The notes beneath the pieces are model-generated. The model searched no databases and was not told the DNA's origin. It saw only the letters and a program-made list of their open reading frames with translations. From the IMG/VR virus record IMGVR_UViG_3300032722_000013: 64,000 nt of DNA. One strand, 5' to 3'. Positions within the stretch are counted from its first letter, which is position 1, and each line of letters starts with the position of its first letter. The DNA comes from an uncultured virus (IMG/VR IMGVR_UViG_3300032722_000013) (taxonomy: Duplodnaviria; Heunggongvirae; Uroviricota; Caudoviricetes). This document shows, one piece after another, positions 38,499-48,323 of the stretch. A program made the translations under genes and the position numbers.

Positions 38499-39935
38499 AT
38501 GAGCGAGGCTAAGGTGGCCATTTCGGCCGCACAGAAGGCAACATTTGGTATGTACGGAAAGTCGTTCCAGGAGAAGATCGTACAGGCATTGTTGGGCGAT
38601 CGAGTGTGGGCCGAGCAAGTAGTTGAGGTGTTCGATGTTTCATACCTCGAGCTCAATTACCTGCGATTCCTTGCTGAGCGATACTTCAGTCACGCGAAGA
38701 AGTACAAGGTCTTCCCGACCTTGCAGTTACTTGTGACGATCATCAGGGACGAATTGAAGATCGGCACTGACACGATCCTACGTGATCAGATCATCGAGTA
38801 CCTCACACGTATGCGAGCGAACCCCGACCCGGGTGACCTCGGGTACGTAAAGGACAAGACGCTTGACTTCTGTCGCAAGCAGGCGCTCAAGGCTGCGCTC
38901 ACAGAAGCTGTCGAGCAGATGCAGGCTGAGAAGTACGAGCTGATCGTAGAGAGCATCAAGAAGGCTGTCACTGTCGGTACGACGCCTTCACTGGGTCTAG
39001 ACTTCTTCCAGGACACAGAGAGCAGGTTCCAGCGTCTTCAGCGAAATCCTATCGCGACAGGCATCGAAGCGCTTGACAGAAAGGACATCCTGAATGGTGG
39101 TCTCGGTGCCGGCGAGTTGGGAGTTGTCGTTGCCAACACAGGTGTAGGAAAGAGTCACTTTCTCGTCATGCTCGGTGCGAATGCTCTTCGTAACGGTGTT
39201 GACGTTCTGCACTACACGATGGAACTTTCGGAGTCATTGGTCGGCATCAGGTACGACAGTAACCTATGTGACATGGACTCGAACCTCGTGATCGAGAACA
39301 AAGAAGAGGTGATCAAGCGGTATGAAGGCATGAAGACAGGTCGGCTCATCATCAAGGAATTTCCCACGAGCATGGCGACCATCTACACGCTCCGAGCACA
39401 CATTGAACGCCTTGACATCAAGGGATTCAGGCCCGGCCTGATTCTCATCGACTATGCTGACGTCATGCGTTCAACGAGACAGTTCGATTCGCTCAGGCAT
39501 GAGCTCAAGTTGATCTATGAGGAATTGCGAGGCTTTGCATCTGAGAAGAAGATCCCGATCTGGACAGCTTCACAGTCAAACAAGGAGGGGTCAACCGCAG
39601 AGATCGTCGACCTCAGCAACATGGCAGAAGCGTACGGAAAGGCGATGGTTGCGGACGTTGTGCTCAGCATCTCTAGGAGATCTCACGAGAAGGCGACGGG
39701 CGCTGGGCGCTTGTACGTTGCAAAGAACCGCGCTGGCCGTGACGGTCTCTGCTACTCTGCGCTCATCGACACTGCACGAAGCAGATTCTCAGTTCTAGGT
39801 GAAGCTGGGATGATTGATGAAGTGATGTCAGACGATGTCGCTGACAAGAAGAAAAGATTGCGCGAGAAGCTCAAGGAAGTACGAAATGAACGGTTCTCAC
39901 CAAAGCAACCGCTCTCCGCGCCGGGCGAGGAGTGA
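38499..39935 (+). CDS. DnaB-like replicative helicase (T4 gp41-like)
   Basis: Walker A ANTGVGKS, HYTMEL, LIDYAD, WTASQ, KNRAG. Confidence 0.93.
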   Translation: MSEAKVAISAAQKATFGMYGKSFQEKIVQALLGDRVWAEQVVEVFDVSYLELNYLRFLAERYFSHAKKYKVFPTLQLLVTIIRDELKIGTDTILRDQIIEYLTRMRANPDPGDLGYVKDKTLDFCRKQALKAALTEAVEQMQAEKYELIVESIKKAVTVGTTPSLGLDFFQDTESRFQRLQRNPIATGIEALDRKDILNGGLGAGELGVVVANTGVGKSHFLVMLGANALRNGVDVLHYTMELSESLVGIRYDSNLCDMDSNLVIENKEEVIKRYEGMKTGRLIIKEFPTSMATIYTLRAHIERLDIKGFRPGLILIDYADVMRSTRQFDSLRHELKLIYEELRGFASEKKIPIWTASQSNKEGSTAEIVDLSNMAEAYGKAMVADVVLSISRRSHEKATGAGRLYVAKNRAGRDGLCYSALIDTARSRFSVLGEAGMIDEVMSDDVADKKKRLREKLKEVRNERFSPKQPLSAPGEE

Positions 39936-39984
39936 GTATAGTTATGAGAGCACACAACCCCTCGAACAGACAACGAGAGACTAG

Positions 39985-42900
39985 ATGACGTTACACACAT
40001 ACGATGATGTTCACGCTGCTTCACTTGCATACTACGATGGCGATGAACTGCCAACGGACGTTTTTGCAGGAAAGTATGCGCTCCAGGATCTCAACGAAGC
40101 GTTCTACGAACTGACACCTGCTGACATGCATCGCCGCGAGGCGAAAGAGTTCGCAAGGATCGAGCGCGGATATCCCAATCCTGTGAGCGAGGAGGAGATC
40201 TTCGAATTGATCTCTACGTGGAAGGTTGTGCCGCAAGGCGGACCGATGTCTGCACTCGGAAATCCTTACCAGATTCAGTCGCTCAGCAATTGCTTCGTCG
40301 TTGAATCACCGTATGATTCGTACGGTGGCATCATGAAGACTGACCAACAGGAGGCGCAGATCATGAAGCGCCGCGGAGGCGTTGGGTTTGACATCTCCAC
40401 GATTCGCCCGAAAGGGCTCGTCGCAGCGAACGCCGCTCGTACAACTGACGGCATCGCAATCTTCATGGATCGTTTCAGCAACACGTGTCGTGAGGTCGGT
40501 CAAGGAGGTCGCCGTGGGGCGTTGATGTTGACGATCAGCGTGCATCATCCTGAGGTCCTGACGTTTGCAAATGTCAAGCGCGATCCGAAGAGGGTCACCG
40601 GTGCGAACGTATCGATCCGGATGTCAGACGAGTTCATGAACGCCGTTGTGAAAGGCGAGAAGTACCAGCAACGCTTCCCAGTCGAGGCAGGTCTAGATCA
40701 CTACGTCATTGACCAATGGGTTGACGCACGCGAAGTGTGGGACAATGTCGTCCTTGCGATGCGTGATTGTAGCGAACCTGGAATGTTGTTCTGGGACACT
40801 GTCCGCCGCATGGGTCCTGCTGATGCATATGATTTCTTCAAATCGATCAGCACAAATCCGTGCGTCGCAGGTAACACACTGATCGCTGTCGCAGATGGAC
40901 GTAATGCAGTATCGATCAGGGAACTCGCAGACGAGGGTAAGGACGTGCCTGTGTATTCTACAAACCCCGTGACGGGTCGTGTGGAGATCAAATGGGGACG
41001 AGCACCACGCTTGACGAAGAGAGGCGCTGAGGTCTGGAAGTTGACGCTTGACGACGGAAGTACACTGATCGCGACTCCTGATCACATGATCATGCTACGT
41101 GACCGCAGCTACGTCGAGTTGAAGGATCTCAAGCCGGGCACGTCTGTGTTCCCGTTCAATTCGTTCAATTCGAATGGGTACAGGCAAATCTGCAACACGG
41201 GAGTGGACATGATCGGCGGTGCAAAGCGCAACCAGCGCCAGTATCGTCTGATTCACAAATTCTTTGGTGGGCACGTTGATCCAAAGACGCATGCGCTTCA
41301 TCACATCGACTTCGACTCTACGAATGATGCGATGTCGAATTTGCAGGTGATGTTGCACGAAGAGCATCGTGCGTTGCATGCAGAACGCATGACGGGAGAG
41401 AAGAACCCGTACCACGTCATGACTGAAGAGTGGAAGCAACGTTTTGCTTGTCATCCCGGCGAGAAGAACGGTCGGTACATGAAAGTCACCAACGAGCAGC
41501 TTCTCGATCACGGTCGTCGACTGTTCGATACGAACGGTCGAATCACAAAGGAGATGTGGATCGCTTATGCCGCGGAAAAGGTGCTTCCGCAACATCTCAA
41601 TCGCAAATGTCGCTTTGGATCATGGACAAACTTTGCGAATCAAGTCGCGACCAATCACAAGGTCGTGTCGGTCGAGCGTGCTGGCGTTGAGGACGTCTAC
41701 AACCTGACCGTCGACGACAATCACAACTACCACGTGATCACCTCGAACGAGGACGAGAAGTTCGTCGTATCATCGGGCATCTGTGTCAAAAACTGCGGTG
41801 AGATTACACTCTCAGCGTACGACAGTTGCAGGTTGCTGTTCGTCAACCTGCTAAAGTTCGTCATTGATCCGTTCAAGCCTACAGCACGTTTTGACTTCCG
41901 TGAGTTCTGCAGGGTGTCTGAGATCGCTCAACGCCTGATGGACGACCTGATCGACCTCGAGCTCGAGGCAATCGACAAGATCATCGCAAAGGTAAACGCC
42001 GATCCTGAACCTGATGATGTCAAGGTTTCAGAGCTCGACCTGTGGCGCAAGATCAAGGTGGCCGCAGAACAAGGTCGACGAACGGGGTTGGGAATCACCG
42101 CTCTCGCAGACATGTTCGCAGCTCTGGACATGAAGTACGGTTGCGATGAGTCAATTGCAATCACGGAAGAGATCTACAAGAACCTTGCAATGTCATCCTA
42201 CCGCTCGTCGGTGAGGATGGCACAGGAACGCGGTGCGTTCCCGGCGTTCGACGCCGAGACTGAGAAAGATCATCCATTCATCAGCAGGATCATGGACGAG
42301 GATCCTGAGCTTAGGACACAGTACGAACAGTTCGGTCGTCGCAACATCGCAAACACGACGACAGCACCCGTAGGTAGCGGTTCGATCATGGTCCGGACGT
42401 CGTCGGGCTGTGAACCCGTTTTCTGGATCAAGTCAACGCGAAAGCGCAAGCTCACCGACGCTGACAAGAACGCCCGGGTCGATGAGGTCGACGATCTCGG
42501 CGACAAGTGGCAGAAGTACGACGTCTTCCACCAGGGTGTCAAAGAGTGGATGAAGGCCACTGGCGAAATTGACATCATGAAGTCGCCGTATTACGGGTCG
42601 ACGATCGAAGAGGTCGACCCGCTTCGTAAGGTCGACATTCAAGCAGCTGCACAGAGGTGGATCTGTCACAGCATCAGCAACACGACGAACCTTCCGAAGA
42701 ACGTTGAAGTGAAGGTCGTCGACGACCTGTGCATGAAGGCGTGGAAGACAGGTTGCAAAGGCGTCACGATCTACAGGATCGGTAGCAGGAAAGCTGTCAT
42801 CGTGGATGAGTCAGCGTCTCAACCTGACAGTCAACCTCTCGTGATCACGGAGTGCCATGCTCCGAAGCGTCCAAAGGAACTTGAGTGCGATGTTCATCGT

Positions 42901-43407
42901 GTCAGCATCAAGGGCCAGCAGTACCTCGTGCTTGTGGGTCTCTTGGCGGGTGTGCCGTATGAGATCTTTGCAGGGTTGTCACAGTGCGTTGAGGTCCCAC
43001 GCAAGACGAAGAAGGCATTCATCATCAAGAACGGAAAGAAGGACGGCATCGTCACTTACAACCTGCGCATCCCGCTAGCAGAGGACGATGAACTTCTCTT
43101 GAAGGATATCGTGTCGCTGTTTGACAATCCTGAGCACGGTGCGTTGACTCGTATGATCTCAATGTCGATGCGTCACGGTGTGCCGACACAGTTCCTCGTT
43201 GAGCAGCTCAAGAAGGACAAGCGCTCCGACCTGACGAGCTTCTCAGGCGTGATCGCTCGCGTTCTCAAGGGCTACATCAAGGACGGCACTGAGGTCACAG
43301 GAACCGAGACGTCGGACGAGAAGAAGTGTCCTGAATGCGGCGAAAAACTCGTGTACCAATCGGGCGGTTGTGTGGGATGTACGAGTTGCGCATGGTCGAA
43401 GTGTTGA
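39985..43407 (+). CDS. nrdJ: Class II (adenosylcobalamin-dependent) ribonucleotide reductase with an intein
   Basis: LSNCFV, RRGGVG, RRGALM, TNP|CGE, SCRL, RRTGLG, TTAPVGS, SSGCEP, KGVTIYR; C-terminal Zn-finger domain; no beta subunit gene nearby. Confidence 0.9.
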   Translation: MTLHTYDDVHAASLAYYDGDELPTDVFAGKYALQDLNEAFYELTPADMHRREAKEFARIERGYPNPVSEEEIFELISTWKVVPQGGPMSALGNPYQIQSLSNCFVVESPYDSYGGIMKTDQQEAQIMKRRGGVGFDISTIRPKGLVAANAARTTDGIAIFMDRFSNTCREVGQGGRRGALMLTISVHHPEVLTFANVKRDPKRVTGANVSIRMSDEFMNAVVKGEKYQQRFPVEAGLDHYVIDQWVDAREVWDNVVLAMRDCSEPGMLFWDTVRRMGPADAYDFFKSISTNPCVAGNTLIAVADGRNAVSIRELADEGKDVPVYSTNPVTGRVEIKWGRAPRLTKRGAEVWKLTLDDGSTLIATPDHMIMLRDRSYVELKDLKPGTSVFPFNSFNSNGYRQICNTGVDMIGGAKRNQRQYRLIHKFFGGHVDPKTHALHHIDFDSTNDAMSNLQVMLHEEHRALHAERMTGEKNPYHVMTEEWKQRFACHPGEKNGRYMKVTNEQLLDHGRRLFDTNGRITKEMWIAYAAEKVLPQHLNRKCRFGSWTNFANQVATNHKVVSVERAGVEDVYNLTVDDNHNYHVITSNEDEKFVVSSGICVKNCGEITLSAYDSCRLLFVNLLKFVIDPFKPTARFDFREFCRVSEIAQRLMDDLIDLELEAIDKIIAKVNADPEPDDVKVSELDLWRKIKVAAEQGRRTGLGITALADMFAALDMKYGCDESIAITEEIYKNLAMSSYRSSVRMAQERGAFPAFDAETEKDHPFISRIMDEDPELRTQYEQFGRRNIANTTTAPVGSGSIMVRTSSGCEPVFWIKSTRKRKLTDADKNARVDEVDDLGDKWQKYDVFHQGVKEWMKATGEIDIMKSPYYGSTIEEVDPLRKVDIQAAAQRWICHSISNTTNLPKNVEVKVVDDLCMKAWKTGCKGVTIYRIGSRKAVIVDESASQPDSQPLVITECHAPKRPKELECDVHRVSIKGQQYLVLVGLLAGVPYEIFAGLSQCVEVPRKTKKAFIIKNGKKDGIVTYNLRIPLAEDDELLLKDIVSLFDNPEHGALTRMISMSMRHGVPTQFLVEQLKKDKRSDLTSFSGVIARVLKGYIKDGTEVTGTETSDEKKCPECGEKLVYQSGGCVGCTSCAWSKC
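40861..41793 (+). mobile_element. 311-aa intein with an HNH endonuclease, inserted just before the catalytic Cys of NrdJ
   Basis: N-terminal CVAGNTLIAVADG, block B TPDH, HHIDFDSTNDAMSNLQVM..EEH...H, block F DVYNLTVDDNHNY, C-terminal VKN|C. Confidence 0.92.
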
Positions 43408-43418
43408 ATACTTAAGAC

Positions 43419-43931
43419 ATGAGGATCCGCGTCAGGTCATTGCGTCAAATCATCAAGGAACAACTAGGACTTCTCGTTGAGGCGCCGTGCACTTCTTGTG
43501 GCAATCCTAACGCATACATCGGCTTCAACTCTTGCGAGTGTCCCAACCCGAAGTGTCGTTTCTTCTCTCAACGTCAAGCTGACGACGTGCGACCGAAGGC
43601 GACTGTGAAGAAAAAGCCCAACCTTCATCACTGTGGTTCGCCATTGTCACCTGATGGGCACTGTCAGAAGTGTGACGTATGTCCTGATTGCGGTGGAAGC
43701 GAGGGCACAGAACCCTGTGAGACGTGCGGCTACGAGCCTGATGAAAATTGTCCCGATTGCGGCAATCCTGCCTGGACCGACCACGATCCGCAGTGCTCTG
43801 AGTGGCACTGTCCGGTGTGCGATGCAAGGCGTGACGATCCTCACATGAAAGGTTGCGATTGGCGCTGCCCGATATGCGACTGCACGCCCGGTGCAGGCGA
43901 AGAACACATGACCGGGTGCGACTACGAGTGA
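43419..43931 (+). CDS. Cys/His-rich multi-Zn-finger protein with capsid-targeting-like leader
   Basis: MRIRVRSLRQIIKE...LLVE; many CxxC; three C-terminal CPxC-x(7-9)-H-x3-C units; ATACTTA at 43408. Confidence 0.7.
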   Translation: MRIRVRSLRQIIKEQLGLLVEAPCTSCGNPNAYIGFNSCECPNPKCRFFSQRQADDVRPKATVKKKPNLHHCGSPLSPDGHCQKCDVCPDCGGSEGTEPCETCGYEPDENCPDCGNPAWTDHDPQCSEWHCPVCDARRDDPHMKGCDWRCPICDCTPGAGEEHMTGCDYE

Positions 43932-43938
43932 GGATCTC

Positions 43939-44217
43939 ATGAAGCTCAAGATCAGTGATGTTCGTCGCGCTGTCAAGGAAGTCCTCAATGAGGATTACCT
44001 TCATGGCGTTCCCGAGTGGCAACTGCGCGGTGACACGACCGACTTCGTCAACATCATCCGCAAACGCATCGAGAAGTTCATCCTGCTCAACAAGAGCGAG
44101 AACGGTGAGGACCAGCGTCAGGCAATCAAGGCGATGAATGACGTGTGCGATGAACTCGAGACTAAGGTGTATGACGTCCTGGACGATCAGTTGTTTAATT
44201 TTACACGACGCGTCTGA
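43939..44217 (+). CDS. Small protein with capsid-targeting-like leader
   Basis: MKLKISDVRRAVKEVLNE. Confidence 0.65.
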   Translation: MKLKISDVRRAVKEVLNEDYLHGVPEWQLRGDTTDFVNIIRKRIEKFILLNKSENGEDQRQAIKAMNDVCDELETKVYDVLDDQLFNFTRRV

Positions 44218-44256
44218 ACCGTGAACTCCTGACCGCGATGTTGTACGGTCGGCAGC

Positions 44257-44589
44257 ATGGAGCTGTACTGCTCGTGTCAGTGTTCTGACTTCAACCATAC
44301 GATCAGGTTCAACCTCGATGAGGATGACGGCGACATCTGGCTGGAAACGCGGCTGAACGCATACGAGCCGTGGTGGAAGCGCATCTGGATCGGCATCAAG
44401 TACGTGTTTGGCCGACCTCCTGTGTACGGTCACTACGACTGCACGTTGCTACGTGCAGAGGACTATGACACCCTCATGCGGATGTTCTCTCGTTCTTCAG
44501 TCATCAAGCTCCGTAACAGCCTCTCAGGACAGCCCGTGCTGCACCTGGTGGGTCAGCAGAATAATCAGACAACCAAGGATGAGGAGTAA
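44257..44589 (+). CDS. Hypothetical phage protein
   Basis: CSCQC..H, WWKRIWIGIKYVFG; sigma70-like promoter upstream. Confidence 0.6.
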   Translation: MELYCSCQCSDFNHTIRFNLDEDDGDIWLETRLNAYEPWWKRIWIGIKYVFGRPPVYGHYDCTLLRAEDYDTLMRMFSRSSVIKLRNSLSGQPVLHLVGQQNNQTTKDEE

Positions 44590-44590
44590 C

Positions 44591-45502
44591 ATGGCATACG
44601 AGGCCAAGATTTTGAGGGACAGCCTAAGCCCTGACAATGTCAGGCTGACGACGTTTCAGGTGACATTTCCGCGCATCGTGCTGGCTGAGTTCAACACCCA
44701 CCGTGTGTTCTCGCGGAACAGCGCTTCAAGCAGGGCAATACCTGTCGAGAAGATGCTGCAAAAAGTAATGGATGATCCATTCATCCCGGTTTACTGGGGA
44801 AAGAATCAGAAGGGAATGCAGGCTGAGCAGGAACTGACTGTTGAGGAACAGAAGACTGCGGAGGAAGCCTGGCTCATCGCAAGGTCACACGCTGTCGCTG
44901 ATGCCGCTCGATTGCTATCATTGGGAATTCACAAGCAGATCACGAATCGCTTGCTCGAGCCATGGCTGTGGCACACTGTCATCGTGACCGCCACGGAGTG
45001 GGACAACTTCTGGGGGCTTCGCTGCAATCCCATGGCGCAACCAGAGATCAAGAAGGTTGCGGACATGATGCGAGAAACCTACATTGACTCGACGCCGCGT
45101 GGCCTCGCACTTGACGAGTGGCACATGCCGCTGGTAGACTTCGATGAAGTTCGTGCAAATTCAGGTTGCAGTGACATTCCGATGTTCTGGCAAAAAGTAT
45201 CTGCAGGACGCTGTGCTCGAGTCTCGTACCTGACGCACGACGGCAAGCGTGACGTGATGGCGGACGTTGAACTCTGCGATAGGCTTGTATCCGCCGGGCA
45301 CATGAGTCCGCTTGAACATGTCGCTCGTCCGATGACGAAAGAAGATGCTCGGGACATCATCTACAAGCAACTCACTGGATGTGTTACAATGCCGCTCAGC
45401 GCCAATGCAAATGATGTGTTCTGTGGTAATTTGAGGGGATGGATCAGTACCCGGAAGACGCTGCCAAACGAGGACGTGTTTCGATCTACCATGTCTACGT
45501 AG
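44591..45502 (+). CDS. thyX: FAD-dependent thymidylate synthase
   Basis: AEFNTHRVFSRNSASSRAIP, HKQITNRLLEP, AQPEI, ARVSY, HMSPLEH. Confidence 0.9.
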   Translation: MAYEAKILRDSLSPDNVRLTTFQVTFPRIVLAEFNTHRVFSRNSASSRAIPVEKMLQKVMDDPFIPVYWGKNQKGMQAEQELTVEEQKTAEEAWLIARSHAVADAARLLSLGIHKQITNRLLEPWLWHTVIVTATEWDNFWGLRCNPMAQPEIKKVADMMRETYIDSTPRGLALDEWHMPLVDFDEVRANSGCSDIPMFWQKVSAGRCARVSYLTHDGKRDVMADVELCDRLVSAGHMSPLEHVARPMTKEDARDIIYKQLTGCVTMPLSANANDVFCGNLRGWISTRKTLPNEDVFRSTMST

Positions 45503-45708
45503 ACTGGACGCTAGAGGCTGAACCTCGTGCCATTTACGTGGGCAAAGGCAAAGCAATTGAACAGCTGCTGAACGGTCAGGTGATAGCGATGTTTCCGTCA
45601 GCGGTGCTAGCACAAGTTTCTACCGGTGTGAACCGAAGCAAAATCTGTGATTGTTGTAAGGGTCGTCGTAAACATGCAGGTGGATTCGAATGGCATTACA
45701 TAACTTGA
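45478..45708 (+). pseudogene. Internally deleted GIY-YIG homing endonuclease remnant (N-terminus plus NUMOD1-like end)
   Basis: IYHVYVD...IYVGKGK joined directly to FPSAVLAQVSTGVNRSKICDCCKGRRKHAGGFEW. Confidence 0.7.
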
Positions 45709-45741
45709 ACTGTCTGACATTCAGATGTTAGGATTATGCAC

Positions 45742-46326
45742 ATGGCAAAGCTCATTGCAATTTGCGGCGCTGATAAGTGCGGAAAAGCGACTCAGTCGAC
45801 GTTGCTCGTTGAAACGCTTCGTGCTCGAGGGCACACCGCTGTCCGCGTTGAGGTCGCGACAAAGACGCGCTCTATCACGTACCGCCTCATCTACTGGATG
45901 CTTCGCAACGGCCTCGCGAAGAGCCACGCGAACGTATTTCAGGTCGTGCAATTCCTCAACAAGTTTCTTTTCCAGCTGTTTGACCTTCCTAAACTCATGG
46001 CGGCGAATGACTATGTCGTCTTTGATCGTTGGGCGCTATCAGCGCTTGCGTACGGACCGGTGACGAACGTCAATGCAACGTTCAACCGATTCCTTTACTC
46101 ACTGCTGAAGAAGCCTGACATTACGCTCATCCTGAACGGAACATCGTTCAAGCGTAACTCCGTAGATGACAGCTATGAAAAGGACACGGAGTTGCAGACA
46201 ACCGTGAACAAGATGTACGCCCATCTTGGCGACGCGCTCGAAATTCCTGTCATCTTCAACGGTGGAACGAAGGACGAGACACAGCAGAAGATCATCGCAG
46301 TGCTGTTTCACTATGGGGTCATCTGA
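45742..46326 (+). CDS. tmk: Thymidylate kinase
   Basis: GADKCGKATQ P-loop, VVFDRW..SALAYG, KPDITLIL. Confidence 0.88.
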   Translation: MAKLIAICGADKCGKATQSTLLVETLRARGHTAVRVEVATKTRSITYRLIYWMLRNGLAKSHANVFQVVQFLNKFLFQLFDLPKLMAANDYVVFDRWALSALAYGPVTNVNATFNRFLYSLLKKPDITLILNGTSFKRNSVDDSYEKDTELQTTVNKMYAHLGDALEIPVIFNGGTKDETQQKIIAVLFHYGVI

Positions 46327-46934
46327 TGCTAGCACAACTCATCTGTGCAGATCCTCCTTGGGGTTTTTCCGACGGTCTCAAGGCGATGAAGGACGGTGTG
46401 AAGCGCTCTGCACAGTCGCAGTACAAGACGATGTCAGCGGGCGAGGTGGCGGGCATGCCCGTCCCGTCGATCGTTGATCCTGCGGGGTGTCTGCTAGCAT
46501 TGTGGGTTCCAGGGTCGATGCTGCAGGCAGGGCTTGACGTGATGACTGCTTGGGGATTCAAGCAGAAGCAAGTATGGGTCTGGACGAAGCTTAAGAAAGA
46601 TCATGAGAAAGAACTAGATCCTAACAAACGTACACGCGTTGGCATGGGTCACTTGTTTAGGCAATCACATGAGATTGCGTTGATCGGAACTGCAGGAAAG
46701 AGCATTTATCCCTTACTGAAAAATAAGGGTCAACGTAGTGTGGGCTTTGATCTCAATTTGGGACATTCAATCAAGCCCGAGACATTGCAAAACAGTCTTG
46801 ATCTCATGTTTCCATCCACGTTCAAAGTTGAACTCTTCGCCAGACGTTCTCGATTAAATTGGACGTGTTTGGGAGATGCAATAGACGGGAAGGATATTTG
46901 CACGGCAATTCATGACCTAGCAATGCAGACTTGA
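46326..46934 (+). CDS. MT-A70-family adenine methyltransferase
   Basis: ADPPW, QYKTMS, LALWV, AWGF, GMGHLFRQSHE, HSIKP, ELFARR. Confidence 0.9.
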   Translation: MLAQLICADPPWGFSDGLKAMKDGVKRSAQSQYKTMSAGEVAGMPVPSIVDPAGCLLALWVPGSMLQAGLDVMTAWGFKQKQVWVWTKLKKDHEKELDPNKRTRVGMGHLFRQSHEIALIGTAGKSIYPLLKNKGQRSVGFDLNLGHSIKPETLQNSLDLMFPSTFKVELFARRSRLNWTCLGDAIDGKDICTAIHDLAMQT

Positions 46935-47355
46935 CAATGCCCTCTGGTTCACCCAAAGCTCACGGTCGTAAATGTCATCCTCGTAATGAGATAGCATGCA
47001 AAATCTGCAATGAACCGTTCATGCCTACAACATCACGACAAAACATTGTCGCAAGTGTATACCAGACAGTAAAGCCTGGCATCATTGGTACGCATATGGC
47101 GTTACGGTCGAACAATTTGACAGAATGATGCTAGCGCAACAAGGGAAGTGTGCTGGGTGTGAACGCGATTTTGCTTCGTTGACAGGCATCAAGAACGACG
47201 TTGCTCACATTGATCATGATCATGTGTCAAATGTGATTAGAGGATTGTTGTGTCGCAGTTGTAATCATGTCCTCGGCTTAGTTGACGATGACACAAAGAT
47301 ACTTCGACGTCTTGCGTCGTACTTAGACACGTTCAAACAAGCACCAACAGTGTAG
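46931..47355 (+). pseudogene. Endonuclease VII-type HNH homing endonuclease split by a 1-nt frameshift
   Basis: Frame 1 CKIC...SRQ; adding one A at 47040-47043 gives KHCRKC...YGVTVEQFDRMMLAQQGKCAGC...HIDHDH...RGLLCRSCN..LG. Confidence 0.8.
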
Positions 47356-47376
47356 GATCGACACCAGGAGAAGACA

Positions 47377-47649
47377 ATGGCACAGGAACTCAAGTTTGCA
47401 GACAGCATCTGGCACCGCGTGGTCCAGATCGTTCAGGAAGCGATGCTCACGGGCGTCGATTGCTCCGACCTACTCAGGCAGATCAGGGTCGAACATGACG
47501 AGGAGGATGCATCCACACTCGTGCTGACGCTCGAGTATCAGCGCCAGGTCCGGTCGATGCATGAGAAGTTGTTGCAGCAGGCGAAGGACTTGCAGAACGC
47601 TTCACCTGGGAAGAAGTTCATCATTCCCGACGGTACGTCGAGCAACTGA
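47377..47649 (+). CDS. Hypothetical phage protein
   Basis: AGGAG SD; VVQIVQEAMLTGVD. Confidence 0.65.
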   Translation: MAQELKFADSIWHRVVQIVQEAMLTGVDCSDLLRQIRVEHDEEDASTLVLTLEYQRQVRSMHEKLLQQAKDLQNASPGKKFIIPDGTSSN

Positions 47650-47912
47650 TGATCTCGCCCGGAGAGGTGTTTTACGATGTCCTGCCAGACGGTCGCTACG
47701 AGCGATGCGTCCTGCAGAAGACAGACGGCTCTGAAACTGACCGTCATGCTGCAGCCCGTGGTGGTACGGGTGAATTCTATCGCAAGATTCCTCAGGAGGA
47801 GCTTGAGATCGAGTTACGTAAGGACGAGAGTCACAGGCTAGATGAGTCAGTATTGATCATGGACACATCGATCGGATCGTTCGTGTTTCTCGAGAGGATT
47901 GCAGATGATTGA
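47649..47912 (+). CDS. Hypothetical protein
   Basis: Coupled ORF. Confidence 0.5.
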   Translation: MISPGEVFYDVLPDGRYERCVLQKTDGSETDRHAAARGGTGEFYRKIPQEELEIELRKDESHRLDESVLIMDTSIGSFVFLERIADD

Positions 47913-48282
47913 CTCAAGCGATCAGCTATACGCCATGTGGGAACAGCAGGAGCGCTTCATGCGCCTGCTACAGTCGAAGCGGGGCTTCCCAGAGTTTCCG
48001 ACAGACTTGTCGACCAAGAAGGGTCAACAATTCCTCAAGGACATCAGGAACCACCTGTTGGAAGAGCTGTTCGAGGCCGGACAACACCTGAAGAACGCAA
48101 AGTCTCACCGTGCCACCGACGTTCCCGAGATTGACCGCGAGGCATACAAAGAGGAGCTGGTCGATGCACTCCACCTGTACCTTGAACTTGTGATTGCTAG
48201 CGGCATCGGCATGGAAGAGCTCGTGGAAGCGTACCTTGCGAAGGGCGATGTCAATGTCAAGCGCATTGAGAACGGGTATTAA
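47905..48282 (+). CDS. All-alpha NTP pyrophosphohydrolase (MazG/dimeric dUTPase-like)
   Basis: LLEELFEA...K.H...YKEELVDALH...K..VN.KRIENGY. Confidence 0.8.
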   Translation: MIDSSDQLYAMWEQQERFMRLLQSKRGFPEFPTDLSTKKGQQFLKDIRNHLLEELFEAGQHLKNAKSHRATDVPEIDREAYKEELVDALHLYLELVIASGIGMEELVEAYLAKGDVNVKRIENGY

Positions 48283-48323
48283 TGCGGCCTGGCGCTTTGA
48301 CCTTGACGCTAGATCTTCGTAAC

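Noticed and set aside
30540..48282. Z-base (2-aminoadenine) genome system from PolA + HD + MazG-like genes
   Set aside because: No PurZ in the window, the HD protein looks YhaM-like rather than DatZ-like, and adenine-type methyltransferases are present
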